Source: a virus. Taken from it: DNA of 48,743 nt. Where the stretch lies: the UHGV virus genome UHGV-1373020, one strand, 5' to 3'. Each line of letters begins with the position of its first letter. The first letter of the stretch is position 1. The notes under the pieces are model-generated. The model had not been told where the DNA came from, ran no database searches, and saw only the letters and a list, made by a program, of their open reading frames with translations. Of the stretch, positions 10,309 to 20,864 are shown one piece after another. The position numbers were made by a program, and so were the translations under genes.

Positions 10309-10786
10309 ATACTGGCGACCTCTGGCAATTATTATAATTATTGCCACTGGCGCGCTGTGGGCAGCCAATAAAGTGTCCAGCTATGGCGAACAGCAATATG
10401 CCGCTGGATATGCAAAAGCAATCGCCGAACAGAAGGCCGCAGATGAACAAGAGGGGCAACGACGCAATGCGGAACTGCAAAAGATTCAGGCCGACGCACA
10501 GCAAAGGATTGATGCTGCGCGCAATGATGCTGCTAACGCTGCTGCTAAGTCTGGCAGGTTGCAGCAACAACTTGCAAACATCCGCAAGCAGCTCGTCGGA
10601 TATTCCACCGCTGAGTCCATTGGCAATCCAGCCGCAGAAACCGGAGTTTTGCTTGGAGACGTGCTCACAAAGTCTGTCGAAAGAAATCGACAACTGGCAG
10701 ATTATGCTGACAGGGCAAGAGAGGCAGGATTGACGTGCGAGGCGCAGTACAACTCATTGAGAGCGAGAAATGCTAAGCAGAGATAA
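10289..10786 (+). CDS. Rz: i-spanin, Rz-like
   Basis: N-terminal TM, then a coiled-coil periplasmic domain rich in A/Q/R, like lambda Rz. Confidence 0.8.
   Translation: MMSILAKYWRPLAIIIIIATGALWAANKVSSYGEQQYAAGYAKAIAEQKAADEQEGQRRNAELQKIQADAQQRIDAARNDAANAAAKSGRLQQQLANIRKQLVGYSTAESIGNPAAETGVLLGDVLTKSVERNRQLADYADRAREAGLTCEAQYNSLRARNAKQR
10512..10733 (+). CDS. Rz1: o-spanin lipoprotein, Rz1-like, embedded +1 in Rz
   Basis: Lipobox LSLAGC, a Pro-rich product, entirely inside Rz in another frame, with an AAGGA SD. Confidence 0.75.
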   Translation: MLRAMMLLTLLLSLAGCSNNLQTSASSSSDIPPLSPLAIQPQKPEFCLETCSQSLSKEIDNWQIMLTGQERQD

Positions 10787-10918
10787 GCGAAAAAAGTATG
10801 ACAAGATGGCGTCTGATGTGGCGAGTGGTCGCGCTGGTTATCAGCCTGCGGTGAAATGCAAGCTAAGCAAATCACCAAAGAAATGCTACGGAAAGCCGCC
10901 TGAATCACTGCAATAAAT

Positions 10919-10946
10919 AAAGCCCCGTAATGGGGCTTGCGTTTAA
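10919..10946. terminator. bidirectional hairpin terminator
   Basis: AAGCCCC-gtaat-GGGGCTT with a flanking A-run and T-run. Confidence 0.55.
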
Positions 10947-11098
10947 CTGACTTGCTCTGAGTTTTCTCTCTGCTTCCACATCTGTTTCAACTGGAAATAA
11001 ACATACGCCTCGTCGCCATCCCTCGCATTGCGCTCCATTTGCTCACACCATGCTGATGGTTTTGGCGGCTCACTCTGCTGGCAATGTTGCTGGCTCAT
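10943..11098 (-). CDS. hypothetical protein (51 aa)
   Basis: The internal ATG at 11098 has a GAGGAA SD. The upstream part of the tracked ORF overlaps the next gene. Confidence 0.4.
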   Translation of the reverse strand: MSQQHCQQSEPPKPSAWCEQMERNARDGDEAYVYFQLKQMWKQRENSEQVS

Positions 11099-11375
11099 CA
11101 ACAGATTCCTCAGTCGCAGTTTCAACGATGCGCACCAGTGAACACTCAAGATTCGGCGCATTGTAATTACCAGCCAAAAACAGCACGCTACCAGTGCTAA
11201 TCAGCACCTGCTTTGCGTTCGCCTGTGACAGATTCTGCACGATGAATTGCGCTGTTTCCGTGCCGATTTTCAGCACTACGCTGCCGTCGCTATTTAGTGA
11301 TACCAGTTGCGCGGATGTGTCAGCAATATTGGTGTAGTTCGCGTTTCGTTGCGCGATGGTTATGTCTGTGAACAT
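11070..11375 (-). CDS. hypothetical protein (101 aa)
   Basis: Operon context. Confidence 0.55.
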   Translation of the reverse strand: MFTDITIAQRNANYTNIADTSAQLVSLNSDGSVVLKIGTETAQFIVQNLSQANAKQVLISTGSVLFLAGNYNAPNLECSLVRIVETATEESVDEPATLPAE

Positions 11376-11376
11376 A

Positions 11377-11598
11377 TTAGCCTCTTACGTTTAATTTGAT
11401 TTTTCCATCCACATCGCGTGATGCACACTCAACAGTGATTGTTAACTTGGTGATCTCTTCAACGTCTACATCAAGAATCAAGCTGACGCAACCACCAACT
11501 ATTCTACCATCCTGATCAACAACGCGAATTTTATCATCGACTCTTTCAACGTGGAGCCAAACCTTTTCTTCATCACAGCCATTATTGAGAATTGACAT
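11377..11598 (-). CDS. hypothetical protein (73 aa)
   Basis: Tight packing with its neighbours. Confidence 0.55.
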   Translation of the reverse strand: MSILNNGCDEEKVWLHVERVDDKIRVVDQDGRIVGGCVSLILDVDVEEITKLTITVECASRDVDGKIKLNVRG

Positions 11599-12101
11599 TA
11601 TTTAATCTCTCCATTCAGTTCATTGACAATTAACGTTGCATAGCCAGCAATGTCTTTCCAGCTATCGTCATAAGTCGGGTCGCCATTCAGAATGCGCCCA
11701 ATCTTGTGTTGAATCATGTCTAGCGCCTCGCGTTGGCTTGGCGTCAGGTTGTGCCAGCCATCCACTTCGCGCATCACATCTTTCAGTTCCTGCATAATTT
11801 CAGCGCCATCTTTGAATTTGCCATAGCGGCTACCGCGCTCGGTAATGAGTTGCTCTGTTGCATCCGCTTCCGGCGCGCCAATGCAATCGTTGAGGTCTTG
11901 TTCGTCATTCACCGGTATGCGAATAGCAATTACGATATCTCCAGCACCTTCGATGGTGCTGACTTTCCCTACGTAATAGTGACTCAGGTAGTAAATTATA
12001 CCTGTGAGTCCTGACTTAACTACGACGGAAGCCGTTTTATGACCATCAAAATCCTTCTCGCAACCCTTCAGATATTCCCAATTACTCATCACTTTCTCCA
12101 C
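11598..12101 (-). CDS. hypothetical protein (167 aa); possible all-alpha NTP pyrophosphohydrolase-associated domain
   Basis: The motif LTPSQREALDMIQHKIGRILNGDPTYDDSWKDIAGYATL resembles phage dATP/dGTP pyrophosphohydrolase-linked domains. This is from memory. Confidence 0.6.
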   Translation of the reverse strand: MEKVMSNWEYLKGCEKDFDGHKTASVVVKSGLTGIIYYLSHYYVGKVSTIEGAGDIVIAIRIPVNDEQDLNDCIGAPEADATEQLITERGSRYGKFKDGAEIMQELKDVMREVDGWHNLTPSQREALDMIQHKIGRILNGDPTYDDSWKDIAGYATLIVNELNGEIK

Positions 12102-12311
12102 TTAATCATTTTCGCGTCGCGGCATTGTGACGCGATTGTATTCATCAACATTAAAATTCTCACGAATCAAATCATACATATCATCTTTAGGCATATCAGC
12201 CAGTGCCACATAGCAACGGGCAAAGTAGCGAACATCACGGAGAGTCAGCGGCTGCCGCTTCTCCACAATGCTGGTGATAATGTCCATCGGCTCGCGTCGT
12301 GGTCTTGGCAT
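12102..12311 (-). CDS. hypothetical protein (69 aa)
   Basis: First gene after the divergent promoter region. Confidence 0.55.
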   Translation of the reverse strand: MPRPRREPMDIITSIVEKRQPLTLRDVRYFARCYVALADMPKDDMYDLIRENFNVDEYNRVTMPRREND

Positions 12312-12329
12312 ATTTACTACTCCTTTCGA

Positions 12330-12392
12330 AAATTATTGTTGACCAATCTACATCATTTAGTCAATACTTATTGACGTAGATTGTACCACAAC
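12330..12392. promoter_or_regulatory. divergent control region with an inverted pair of the conserved 13-mer
   Basis: TTGACCAATCTACATCA ... TTGACGTAGATTG gives two CAATCTAC / GTAGATTG half-sites about 24 bp apart between divergent operons. Confidence 0.45.
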
Positions 12393-12410
12393 GAAAAAGG
12401 TGATGTGGAA

Positions 12411-12608
12411 ATGCGATACAAAGAAATAGCAGCGAGATACCAGAAAGAGGTGCGCGAGGTTATGGAAATCCTTAACGTTCGCGAAGATACCATTAAATAT
12501 GTGGAAACTGCCATGTGTTCACTGGCGCTTGAAGCGGAGGTTGCTGGTCGTGAAAAGGCTGACGAACTTATATCTGCGGTGGTTTATAGTTCAACCAGTA
12601 ACGGTTGA
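12411..12608 (+). CDS. hypothetical protein (65 aa)
   Basis: SD AAGGTGATGTGGAA precedes the ATG at 12411. Confidence 0.5.
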   Translation: MRYKEIAARYQKEVREVMEILNVREDTIKYVETAMCSLALEAEVAGREKADELISAVVYSSTSNG

Positions 12609-12668
12609 GGATGAAGGTTATCTGTGCGTTGAGCACGTTGTTATCAAATTCTACGGGAGAAATTATAA

Positions 12669-12863
12669 ATGGCGCATGACGAACTGTACGAACAATCCCT
12701 AATCCAGCGACTGAATGAAGTTGAACGCACTCGCGAATGGCTGGAGTGTGAGCTGCGAGAAGTGCGTAACCGGCTGCAACGTAAGCGCAGTCAACAGAAA
12801 GATGTTATCGACTGGTCTGGCGATGCACCTAAATTTAACAATCTTGGGGAGTGGATAAAATGA
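12669..12863 (+). CDS. hypothetical protein (64 aa, coiled coil)
   Basis: SD GGGAGAAATTATAA precedes the ATG. Confidence 0.5.
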   Translation: MAHDELYEQSLIQRLNEVERTREWLECELREVRNRLQRKRSQQKDVIDWSGDAPKFNNLGEWIK

Positions 12864-13111
12864 CAGTGCCAAATATGCCGATGATGAATGATAACGGGTT
12901 ATTGAGTTGCCCGTTTTGTGGGTGTGATGAGGCTGGCATTGCCATAGATGAGGATGGGTGGGAATACATAGAATGCGGAGATTGTTATTGCCGCACAGAC
13001 GCATTCCGTAACAGAGAGCTAATGACTAAGTCATGGAACACACGCAATGGACACCTGTACACCGCCGACGATTTCAATCAGGCAGCAGAGGAACGCGATT
13101 GTGGACTATAA
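12860..13111 (+). CDS. lar: Lar-family restriction alleviation protein (zinc ribbon)
   Basis: CPFCG...C..C and WNTR motifs match the Lar family as recalled. GGGGAG SD. Confidence 0.6.
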   Translation: MTVPNMPMMNDNGLLSCPFCGCDEAGIAIDEDGWEYIECGDCYCRTDAFRNRELMTKSWNTRNGHLYTADDFNQAAEERDCGL

Positions 13112-13121
13112 ATCACAAATC

Positions 13122-13589
13122 ATGCGCGTGATTATCAATCATCCAGGCGCAACGCGTGCATATATTGAGAAGCATTGCGGCGGCAAGCACTCAAGCACCA
13201 CAACGCATCGTCTTCATGAAATGCTTGCGCTTGGCTTCATTCGCCGCGAGAAGTCAGTGATTCGTGGTAACAAGTGGCAGTACAAGTATTTTATCTCTGA
13301 GGATGCGGCAGGTATTGATGATGCGATTAAGTGCTATTTGCTTGATAACGCTGGCGCGGAGGTGAAAGAAATCAGTGCAGCCACTGGTTTGGATTACCGA
13401 ATTGTAAAAAGCCGCATCCGCATCATGCTCCATAACGGCGATGTAACGCGAAGCTATGACCACCACAAGAAACTGTGGCGTTACTCATGGCAGGAGCAGG
13501 AGGTAAACGTGAGCAATCTGTTTAATTCACTTCTTCTCAACGCAAGGGGTCGGCATGGGAAAAGCCAAGCGCAAGAAACAAGAGTATGA
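13122..13589 (+). CDS. hypothetical DNA-binding protein (winged-HTH-like)
   Basis: Start is taken at the ATG at 13122, after the Lar stop. Confidence 0.5.
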   Translation: MRVIINHPGATRAYIEKHCGGKHSSTTTHRLHEMLALGFIRREKSVIRGNKWQYKYFISEDAAGIDDAIKCYLLDNAGAEVKEISAATGLDYRIVKSRIRIMLHNGDVTRSYDHHKKLWRYSWQEQEVNVSNLFNSLLLNARGRHGKSQAQETRV

Positions 13590-13731
13590 ACAGCTGCCAC
13601 CATGCGAAATGTCAGGGATTCCGCGGCAGGAGGATGTGATTCTCACCGAAGCTGAGTGGCGCAAGGTGGCAAGGGTGCAAATAATGTTCCGCAAACTTGC
13701 TGAGGACGTACTAAATGAGATGGGCTATTAA
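13555..13731 (+). CDS. hypothetical basic protein (58 aa)
   Basis: MGKAKRKKQEYEQLPPCEMSGIPRQEDVILTEAEWRKVARVQIMFRKLAEDVLNEMGY. It overlaps neighbours on both sides. Confidence 0.3.
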   Translation: MGKAKRKKQEYEQLPPCEMSGIPRQEDVILTEAEWRKVARVQIMFRKLAEDVLNEMGY

Positions 13732-14137
13732 GCATAAATCAGGCAGGACTCTGTTTGTAACATCGGATGAGTTTATTGCCAATAACCGCAGAAAGATGGG
13801 ATGGATAGTGGAGGAAGTGAAGATGACGAGCAGAGAGCAGTTTGAAGATTGGTACAAATGTGACGCGCTCAATAGGGTTAAGTGGTATCAAGAATCTAAC
13901 ATCGATAGTGATTTAATGGTCGACTCCGGTGGTTATTACTTCAGAGATGCTATCCAGAGGCGCTGGGAAGCATGGGAGGCATCGCGCGCAGCAATTGAGA
14001 TTGAGTCTCCTGATTTCATTGACTCAAGAGCGGCATTAAATAAAGGCTACACTGTTGATTACTCCAATGGATTTGGTGACGCAATGGATGCATATGAAAT
14101 GGCAATAGAGCAAGCAGGATTAGAGGTGAAAAAATGA
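13715..14137 (+). CDS. hypothetical protein (140 aa)
   Basis: Protein-like ORF. Confidence 0.6.
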   Translation: MRWAIKHKSGRTLFVTSDEFIANNRRKMGWIVEEVKMTSREQFEDWYKCDALNRVKWYQESNIDSDLMVDSGGYYFRDAIQRRWEAWEASRAAIEIESPDFIDSRAALNKGYTVDYSNGFGDAMDAYEMAIEQAGLEVKK

Positions 14138-14460
14138 TTATCCAGTTAAACGACATCATGAAAGCAGACATTATTCAGCTTGAAGATTATGACATGCAAT
14201 TGGCATTTGAAATCGAAACCGTTGAACGCCAACTGCAATATGCAGATAAGAAGAACGACCGCGTCTGGCATGAGAAAGCACTTAAGGCACGCGACCACAT
14301 GAAGCGCACGCGAGCACTCATTAAAACTCGACTGGATAAATTGTATTTTGGCGAAGAGCGCATGCTGCATGGCGCGATTCTGGCGCAAATACGCAAGGAA
14401 ATGCCGATTGGTAAGTTTATGTCATACGTGCACCGGGCAAAACAGGAGGCTGGGTTATGA
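14134..14460 (+). CDS. hypothetical protein (108 aa)
   Basis: ATGA overlap with the upstream gene. Confidence 0.6.
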   Translation: MIIQLNDIMKADIIQLEDYDMQLAFEIETVERQLQYADKKNDRVWHEKALKARDHMKRTRALIKTRLDKLYFGEERMLHGAILAQIRKEMPIGKFMSYVHRAKQEAGL

Positions 14461-14603
14461 TTCCATTACTGTGGATTTTATCAGCCTACGCATTCGCAAG
14501 GGTATTTGAGGCTGACACTCTGTACCAGATGATTTGCTATGGCGCTCTGTTCTGTCTCTCTGGTGCTGCGCTTGCATTCATGGATGATGTGATTTCAGAC
14601 TAA
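14457..14603 (+). CDS. hypothetical membrane protein (48 aa)
   Basis: MIPLLWILSAYAFARVFEADTLYQMICYGALFCLSGAALAFMDDVISD. ATGA overlap with the upstream gene. Confidence 0.4.
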   Translation: MIPLLWILSAYAFARVFEADTLYQMICYGALFCLSGAALAFMDDVISD

Positions 14604-14658
14604 CTCCGTATATCTTTTGTTCATCATGGGCTGCTATCATTTAATCAGGAGGTAGCCC

Positions 14659-14781
14659 ATGAACATAATCCCTATCACTTACTTTCTCACGCTATACGCA
14701 CTCACCAATTCTCCATTGTTTGCACTGGCTACCGCCTCATGGTGCTATATCTCCCTGTGTTATAATTCGACCACAAACTAA
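14659..14781 (+). CDS. hypothetical hydrophobic peptide (40 aa) with a strong RBS
   Basis: AGGAGG lies 7 nt upstream of the ATG. Product MNIIPITYFLTLYALTNSPLFALATASWCYISLCYNSTTN. It contains the promoter for the capsid genes. Confidence 0.35.
   Translation: MNIIPITYFLTLYALTNSPLFALATASWCYISLCYNSTTN
14758..14766 (+). promoter_or_regulatory. extended -10 (TGtTATAAT) upstream of the capsid assembly genes
   Basis: Perfect TGnTATAAT 32 nt upstream of the 14798 start. Confidence 0.45.
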
Positions 14782-14797
14782 CCGTGGAGAGTTAACC

Positions 14798-16677
<1,880 letters not shown>

Positions 16678-16679
16678 TA

Positions 16680-17750
16680 ATGGAAAAGATTATTTTTACC
16701 AAAGATTTGGTAGCCAACTCCGCAGTAGTGGCTGACCAGTGGAAACATCTCACCATCGACCGCAAGGTGTTCTGCAATGCAGAAGCTGAACTGGCGAAAA
16801 CATACGGTGTGAACGCCACCGCACTGGTAACGAAAGATTACTGGCGCGACGTGGACAACGTCACCACCCGCGTTTTCCGCAACGAGGCTGGTCAGGACAT
16901 GATGGCTGACCTGATGGGTATCGCGGCAAACATCAATATCGGTAAGACTGTGGCAATCAGCCGCATTGCTTCCGATGCTGGTAAGGTTGTTCGCACTCTG
17001 TCTGGTCAGGAGCCGGAAGATTTGGATAAAACTCGCTACGATTACACTGGCGATGTGATTCCAATCTTCAAGACTGGCTACAGCCGCGAATGGCGAGAAC
17101 TGCTGGGTATGCAGTCTGAAGGTTTTGACCCTCTGCTGGATGATCAGGCTAACGTCACCTTTAACCTGCGTTCCGACATGGCGCAATATCTGCTGACTGG
17201 CGACCAGACTCTGAACGTGAACGGCGTTTACACTGGCTACGGTATCACCAACCACCCGAACACCATTCAGGTTAACCTGAATGCTTCCGGCGGTCTGAAT
17301 ATCGACCTGCAAACCGCAACGCCAGACGAAATCGTGACCTTCTTCAATCAGGATTTCCAGGCTATTCTGGATGCGCAGAACGTATTTGAGCAGGTGACTC
17401 TGTGGGTTTCCCCGGCAGTGCGTCGCAGCTTCATGCGTCCGTATTCTGATGCGGCAGGCTTCAAAGGCGGCACTGTTGAGCAGTACATCACGCAGTTTGG
17501 TAATGGTCGCATCGGTAAGATTGGCACCAACTTCCTGCTGACTGGCAACCACTTCGTTGGCTATGTTCGCAACGACATGTACATCCGTCCGCGTGTTGCC
17601 CAGCCAGTTTCCACCTATGCAGAGCCGCGTACCACGCCGCACGCTAACTTCAACTTCCTCGTGTGGTCTGCTATGGGCCTTCAGGTACGCAAGGATTTCT
17701 CCGGCAAATCCAAAGTATTCAACGGCTACGGTACGCAAACTCCGGTGTAA
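16680..17750 (+). CDS. major capsid protein
   Basis: 356 aa, followed by a strong terminator. Composition suggests high expression. Sits in the position of a T1-like MCP. Confidence 0.85.
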   Translation: MEKIIFTKDLVANSAVVADQWKHLTIDRKVFCNAEAELAKTYGVNATALVTKDYWRDVDNVTTRVFRNEAGQDMMADLMGIAANINIGKTVAISRIASDAGKVVRTLSGQEPEDLDKTRYDYTGDVIPIFKTGYSREWRELLGMQSEGFDPLLDDQANVTFNLRSDMAQYLLTGDQTLNVNGVYTGYGITNHPNTIQVNLNASGGLNIDLQTATPDEIVTFFNQDFQAILDAQNVFEQVTLWVSPAVRRSFMRPYSDAAGFKGGTVEQYITQFGNGRIGKIGTNFLLTGNHFVGYVRNDMYIRPRVAQPVSTYAEPRTTPHANFNFLVWSAMGLQVRKDFSGKSKVFNGYGTQTPV

Positions 17751-17751
17751 T

Positions 17752-17783
17752 AAAAAAAAGGGGCGAAAGCCCCTTTATGAATT
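17752..17783. terminator. bidirectional terminator after the MCP
   Basis: AAAAAAAA-GGGGC-gaaa-GCCCC-TTTAT. Confidence 0.65.
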
Positions 17784-17794
17784 TGAGGTGAATA

Positions 17795-17992
17795 ATGGCT
17801 AAATACGAAGTCATCGCACGCGGAATCTTTGTTAAAGAGAAAGGCAAGATTCGTGAGTTGCAGCTTGGCGAGGTAATTACCGAACCATCCGAGCATCTGC
17901 TGCCAAAACTGCGCATCATGCCAGAGCTGGAAAAGTCTTTCGAAGTCGCAACCCCGCAAGAAAAGACGACAAAGAAAAAGAAAACAGAGTAA
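17795..17992 (+). CDS. hypothetical protein (65 aa, lysine-rich C-terminus)
   Basis: SD GAGGTGAATA precedes the ATG. Confidence 0.5.
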   Translation: MAKYEVIARGIFVKEKGKIRELQLGEVITEPSEHLLPKLRIMPELEKSFEVATPQEKTTKKKKTE

Positions 17993-17994
17993 AA

Positions 17995-18024
17995 AGAAAA
18001 GCCCCATGAAGGGGCTTTGGTTTA
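17995..18024. terminator. bidirectional terminator
   Basis: AGCCCC-atgaa-GGGGCT plus a T-run. Confidence 0.6.
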
Positions 18025-18207
18025 CTGACGATCTGGTTCTGCATAGAAATTAACTAACTTAATGAAATCTCGTTTCCCTCCATGGTTTAAATAAAAACCA
18101 GCAATTTCATTAAACGCTTCGTTTGCCGCCCTTACACTGCAACCCATGTTTAAAGCATCACGCGCAGCGATGGCAGCCAGTTTTGTTTTCTCTTTGATGT
18201 CCATCAA
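18022..18207 (-). CDS. hypothetical protein (61 aa)
   Basis: Operon context. Confidence 0.5.
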   Translation of the reverse strand: MMDIKEKTKLAAIAARDALNMGCSVRAANEAFNEIAGFYLNHGGKRDFIKLVNFYAEPDRQ

Positions 18208-18743
18208 TCAATCCTCATCGGCATAACAACAATCTTCGCAGTCTCGCCAGATGGCGCACTAAGACAGCAAACTGCGGCGTTTGCATTTCCATTCAGTTCA
18301 AATTTAACACCACTGAATTTATGGTTAAACAGCTTCGCCACTTTCTCAATATCGACAAGGTAGCCAGCATTGAAGCCAATTTCCTCTGCGGATTTCGTTC
18401 CCTTTGGTATCACGCGATCAATATCAGGGAATCGACCATCAATCTCTTCGCAGATACCAGCACCAACCATCTCGCCAGCTTCATCATGATACGTTGCAAT
18501 TTTCGACTTAGTATCAATGATGGCACACTCATAACGTTTTGTTGGAGATTTACCAATCTTGATAATCACATTTTCTGTCAGCTTATTGTCATGACTGCAG
18601 CCAATGAATGCACGATGACCGTCAGTTGACGCAATGCGACCATCAGGCATAAAGCAGATGCCATTCAGGTAATACCGCACATCGTTGCGAGCCTGAAATA
18701 TTAATGCTGATTCAAGTAATAATTTGCTGATTTTTAGTTTCAT
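18204..18743 (-). CDS. hypothetical protein (about 179 aa)
   Basis: Long ORF. The ATG at 18743 overlaps the upstream stop. Confidence 0.6.
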   Translation of the reverse strand: MKLKISKLLLESALIFQARNDVRYYLNGICFMPDGRIASTDGHRAFIGCSHDNKLTENVIIKIGKSPTKRYECAIIDTKSKIATYHDEAGEMVGAGICEEIDGRFPDIDRVIPKGTKSAEEIGFNAGYLVDIEKVAKLFNHKFSGVKFELNGNANAAVCCLSAPSGETAKIVVMPMRID

Positions 18744-18916
18744 CACTTCACCTTAATCATGTGCTGTTTTGCAACCTTCAGGCATTCTTCAAAAATGCCA
18801 CCCTTCTTCGCGCTCTGATTGCGCTTGTAATACTGAATTGCCGCATCAATTGCCATCTGGTCAATGTCAGGCAGCTTGGCGCGAAGTTGTTTTTCGATGA
18901 ATTGTTCAGCGTTCAT
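18743..18916 (-). CDS. hypothetical protein (57 aa)
   Basis: MNAEQFIEKQLRAKLPDIDQMAIDAAIQYYKRNQSAKKGGIFEECLKVAKQHMIKVK. Absent from the ORF track. Confidence 0.45.
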   Translation of the reverse strand: MNAEQFIEKQLRAKLPDIDQMAIDAAIQYYKRNQSAKKGGIFEECLKVAKQHMIKVK

Positions 18917-19122
18917 CACACATTTACCTTGTATTCATTTTGCTTGTTGGAGCGAGTACCATCATGGAAATAAATTGCGCATCTCGTTACTTCAATCCAC
19001 TTTCTTCGCTCAAGCTCAGATATAAACCGAGGCACTTTATACTTTGAAATGCCAAGTATTTTTGACATATCGCGAATGCTGTATCTTCCACTACGCAACA
19101 GAGATAATAATGATGGTGTCAT
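18916..19122 (-). CDS. HTH DNA-binding protein (68 aa)
   Basis: IRDMSKILGISKYKVPRFISELERRKWI looks like a winged HTH. Confidence 0.55.
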   Translation of the reverse strand: MTPSLLSLLRSGRYSIRDMSKILGISKYKVPRFISELERRKWIEVTRCAIYFHDGTRSNKQNEYKVNV

Positions 19123-19313
19123 AGCTTAACCCAGCCACATCCGCGAACATTGTAAACAATACCTTTCTTTTTCAGTGCCTGCATCCTTCTATCAATAACC
19201 GTAATGTCTCTAACATCATCACGAAACTTAAGCCATATATCAAAAACAGGAGTTGGTTTAACGGAAAGCATGTGTAATATCTTCAAATCTAACTCTTCAT
19301 ACTTACTCATCAC
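19119..19313 (-). CDS. hypothetical protein (64 aa)
   Basis: Overlapping stop/start with its neighbours. Confidence 0.5.
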   Translation of the reverse strand: MMSKYEELDLKILHMLSVKPTPVFDIWLKFRDDVRDITVIDRRMQALKKKGIVYNVRGCGWVKL

Positions 19314-20119
19314 ATCTTCTCCAGAATTGCCATGACTTCATGAATGTCAGCAACAGGAATCTGGATAAATTCCTCGTCCTCCTTCAACTCATGACCAGCG
19401 GGAAGAATTACATGGTCTGCTGGCTTCAATAACTCAATCAAGCGGTCTACTGGCTTAATCTTTTTCGACTTCAGCACCCTCGCTGTGACCTTGTCCTTGC
19501 CTTGTGCTTTGGCCTCTTCGACTGCCTCGTCGATAACTTTTACCGCATCATCGCCATGCTCGCGCGTTACCGCTACGGCATTTGCATAGCTGATTTGCCC
19601 TGCACTGATGCGCGCTTTTACTTCCGCCGGAACATCACCCAGCGACAGGTGCATTTGCACGTCAGATACTGAGCGACCTACCTTTTTGGCTATTTCTTCA
19701 TTCGTCCAGCCAAATCCTTTCAGTCGTGTGTAAGCCTTTGCGCGCTCAAACGGGTCAAGCTGCTTACCCTGACTGGATGACACCATGAAGGCAATTTTAT
19801 CCGCCTCATCGCCAGTAAAGTCCTTGCACTCAATACGGACGATTGGCGCGCCACGCTCAATGGCACGTAATGCGCCGAGATAGCGGTGCTGGCCATCGAG
19901 AATGCGTATTCCCTTCTCGTCGGGAATAACTGTTAATGCTGGTAATGGTTGACCTGACTCCCAGCACTGCGCGAAATATTCCACATGCTGCTCATCTGCT
20001 TCGCGGATGTTATATCCCGGCTCCAGATAAATTTGCTCCACTGGCACGAGATAGGTTTTGTTGACAGCGATGCCGTTACGCGTTTCTTTGTCTGAATAGA
20101 TTTTGCTTAGTGTTTTCAT
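19310..20119 (-). CDS. ParB-like nuclease domain protein
   Basis: ParB N-terminal motifs (GIRILDGQHRYLGALRA) and an HTH-like segment. Confidence 0.75.
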   Translation of the reverse strand: MKTLSKIYSDKETRNGIAVNKTYLVPVEQIYLEPGYNIREADEQHVEYFAQCWESGQPLPALTVIPDEKGIRILDGQHRYLGALRAIERGAPIVRIECKDFTGDEADKIAFMVSSSQGKQLDPFERAKAYTRLKGFGWTNEEIAKKVGRSVSDVQMHLSLGDVPAEVKARISAGQISYANAVAVTREHGDDAVKVIDEAVEEAKAQGKDKVTARVLKSKKIKPVDRLIELLKPADHVILPAGHELKEDEEFIQIPVADIHEVMAILEKM

Positions 20120-20122
20120 TGT

Positions 20123-20746
20123 TTATTCCTCATCACCAGAATTAGCAATATCGTAAAACTGACCGTATGTTATCTGCTTAAAGTTATCAGGTATCGTCAC
20201 CTGTCCATGACCTTCATCTTTTGTATTTGGCACTGCAAAAATCAGGCAATTATCCTTTTGTGGGTGTTTACCGCCATAAGTAGACAGCATTGCAAAACCA
20301 AATCCGCGACCAGATTGCTCGCCAATGCCTGTGCGCGCGATGCCATAATGATTAACGATGTAGTCCTTCCATTCTGGCAATAACTTTAATTTCTCGTTAG
20401 CCTCTCGCATTACTGCGTCAAGTTTTTTGTTGTATTCGCGACCATCCTTTGTGTTTCCTTTCCCGCGAGCCACAATTACACGCTGACCATCCCAAAAGTC
20501 TTCACGCCTTATTGTCACTTGGCACGGAAATTCAAACTGCTTACTCCATACAAAGCTCTCAAGCAAACCACCACCAACAGCACCCCAACTGCGAGTTGTA
20601 GTGAAAGCGATAGCACCAACCTTTCTCATTGCATCACCGAGAATTTCATTGCGGCGCTTTTGAATGTCATCATATGCATCAATGACTTTCTTAACATCAT
20701 CACCTTCAACCATATAATAATCATAATGTTTTGCGTTGCTGCTCAT
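20123..20746 (-). CDS. hypothetical protein (207 aa)
   Basis: The ATG at 20746 has a GAGGTG SD 7 nt upstream. The tracked ORF starts at 20764. Confidence 0.6.
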   Translation of the reverse strand: MSSNAKHYDYYMVEGDDVKKVIDAYDDIQKRRNEILGDAMRKVGAIAFTTTRSWGAVGGGLLESFVWSKQFEFPCQVTIRREDFWDGQRVIVARGKGNTKDGREYNKKLDAVMREANEKLKLLPEWKDYIVNHYGIARTGIGEQSGRGFGFAMLSTYGGKHPQKDNCLIFAVPNTKDEGHGQVTIPDNFKQITYGQFYDIANSGDEE

Positions 20747-20787
20747 TTTTATCACCTCTAACATTTATTGTTGTTTCTACATCAACA

Positions 20788-20816
20788 ACTATAAACGCAC
20801 CGCCAATCTACGTCAA
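20788..20816 (-). promoter_or_regulatory. sigma70-like promoter TTGACG-N17-TATAGT for the - strand operon
   Basis: Reverse complement reads TTGACG TAGATTGGCGGTGCGTT TATAGT. It contains the 13-mer. Confidence 0.55.
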
Positions 20817-20864
20817 CAGGAATATGCTAAAATCATGCTAATCAAACAACAGGAGATTTAAGCA

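Noticed and set aside
10341-10733. Full 130-aa ORF embedded in Rz
   Set aside because: Only the distal 73 codons starting at MLRAMM, with the lipobox and its own SD, look like an Rz1 gene. The upstream part is frame noise.
10806-10916. 36-aa ORF (MASDVASGRAGYQPAVKCKLSKSPKKCYGKPPESLQ) between Rz and the terminator
   Set aside because: It has no Shine-Dalgarno. It could be real but the evidence is too thin.
12499-12702. 67-aa ORF overlapping 12411-12608 in another frame
   Set aside because: It has no RBS and overlaps a better-supported gene.
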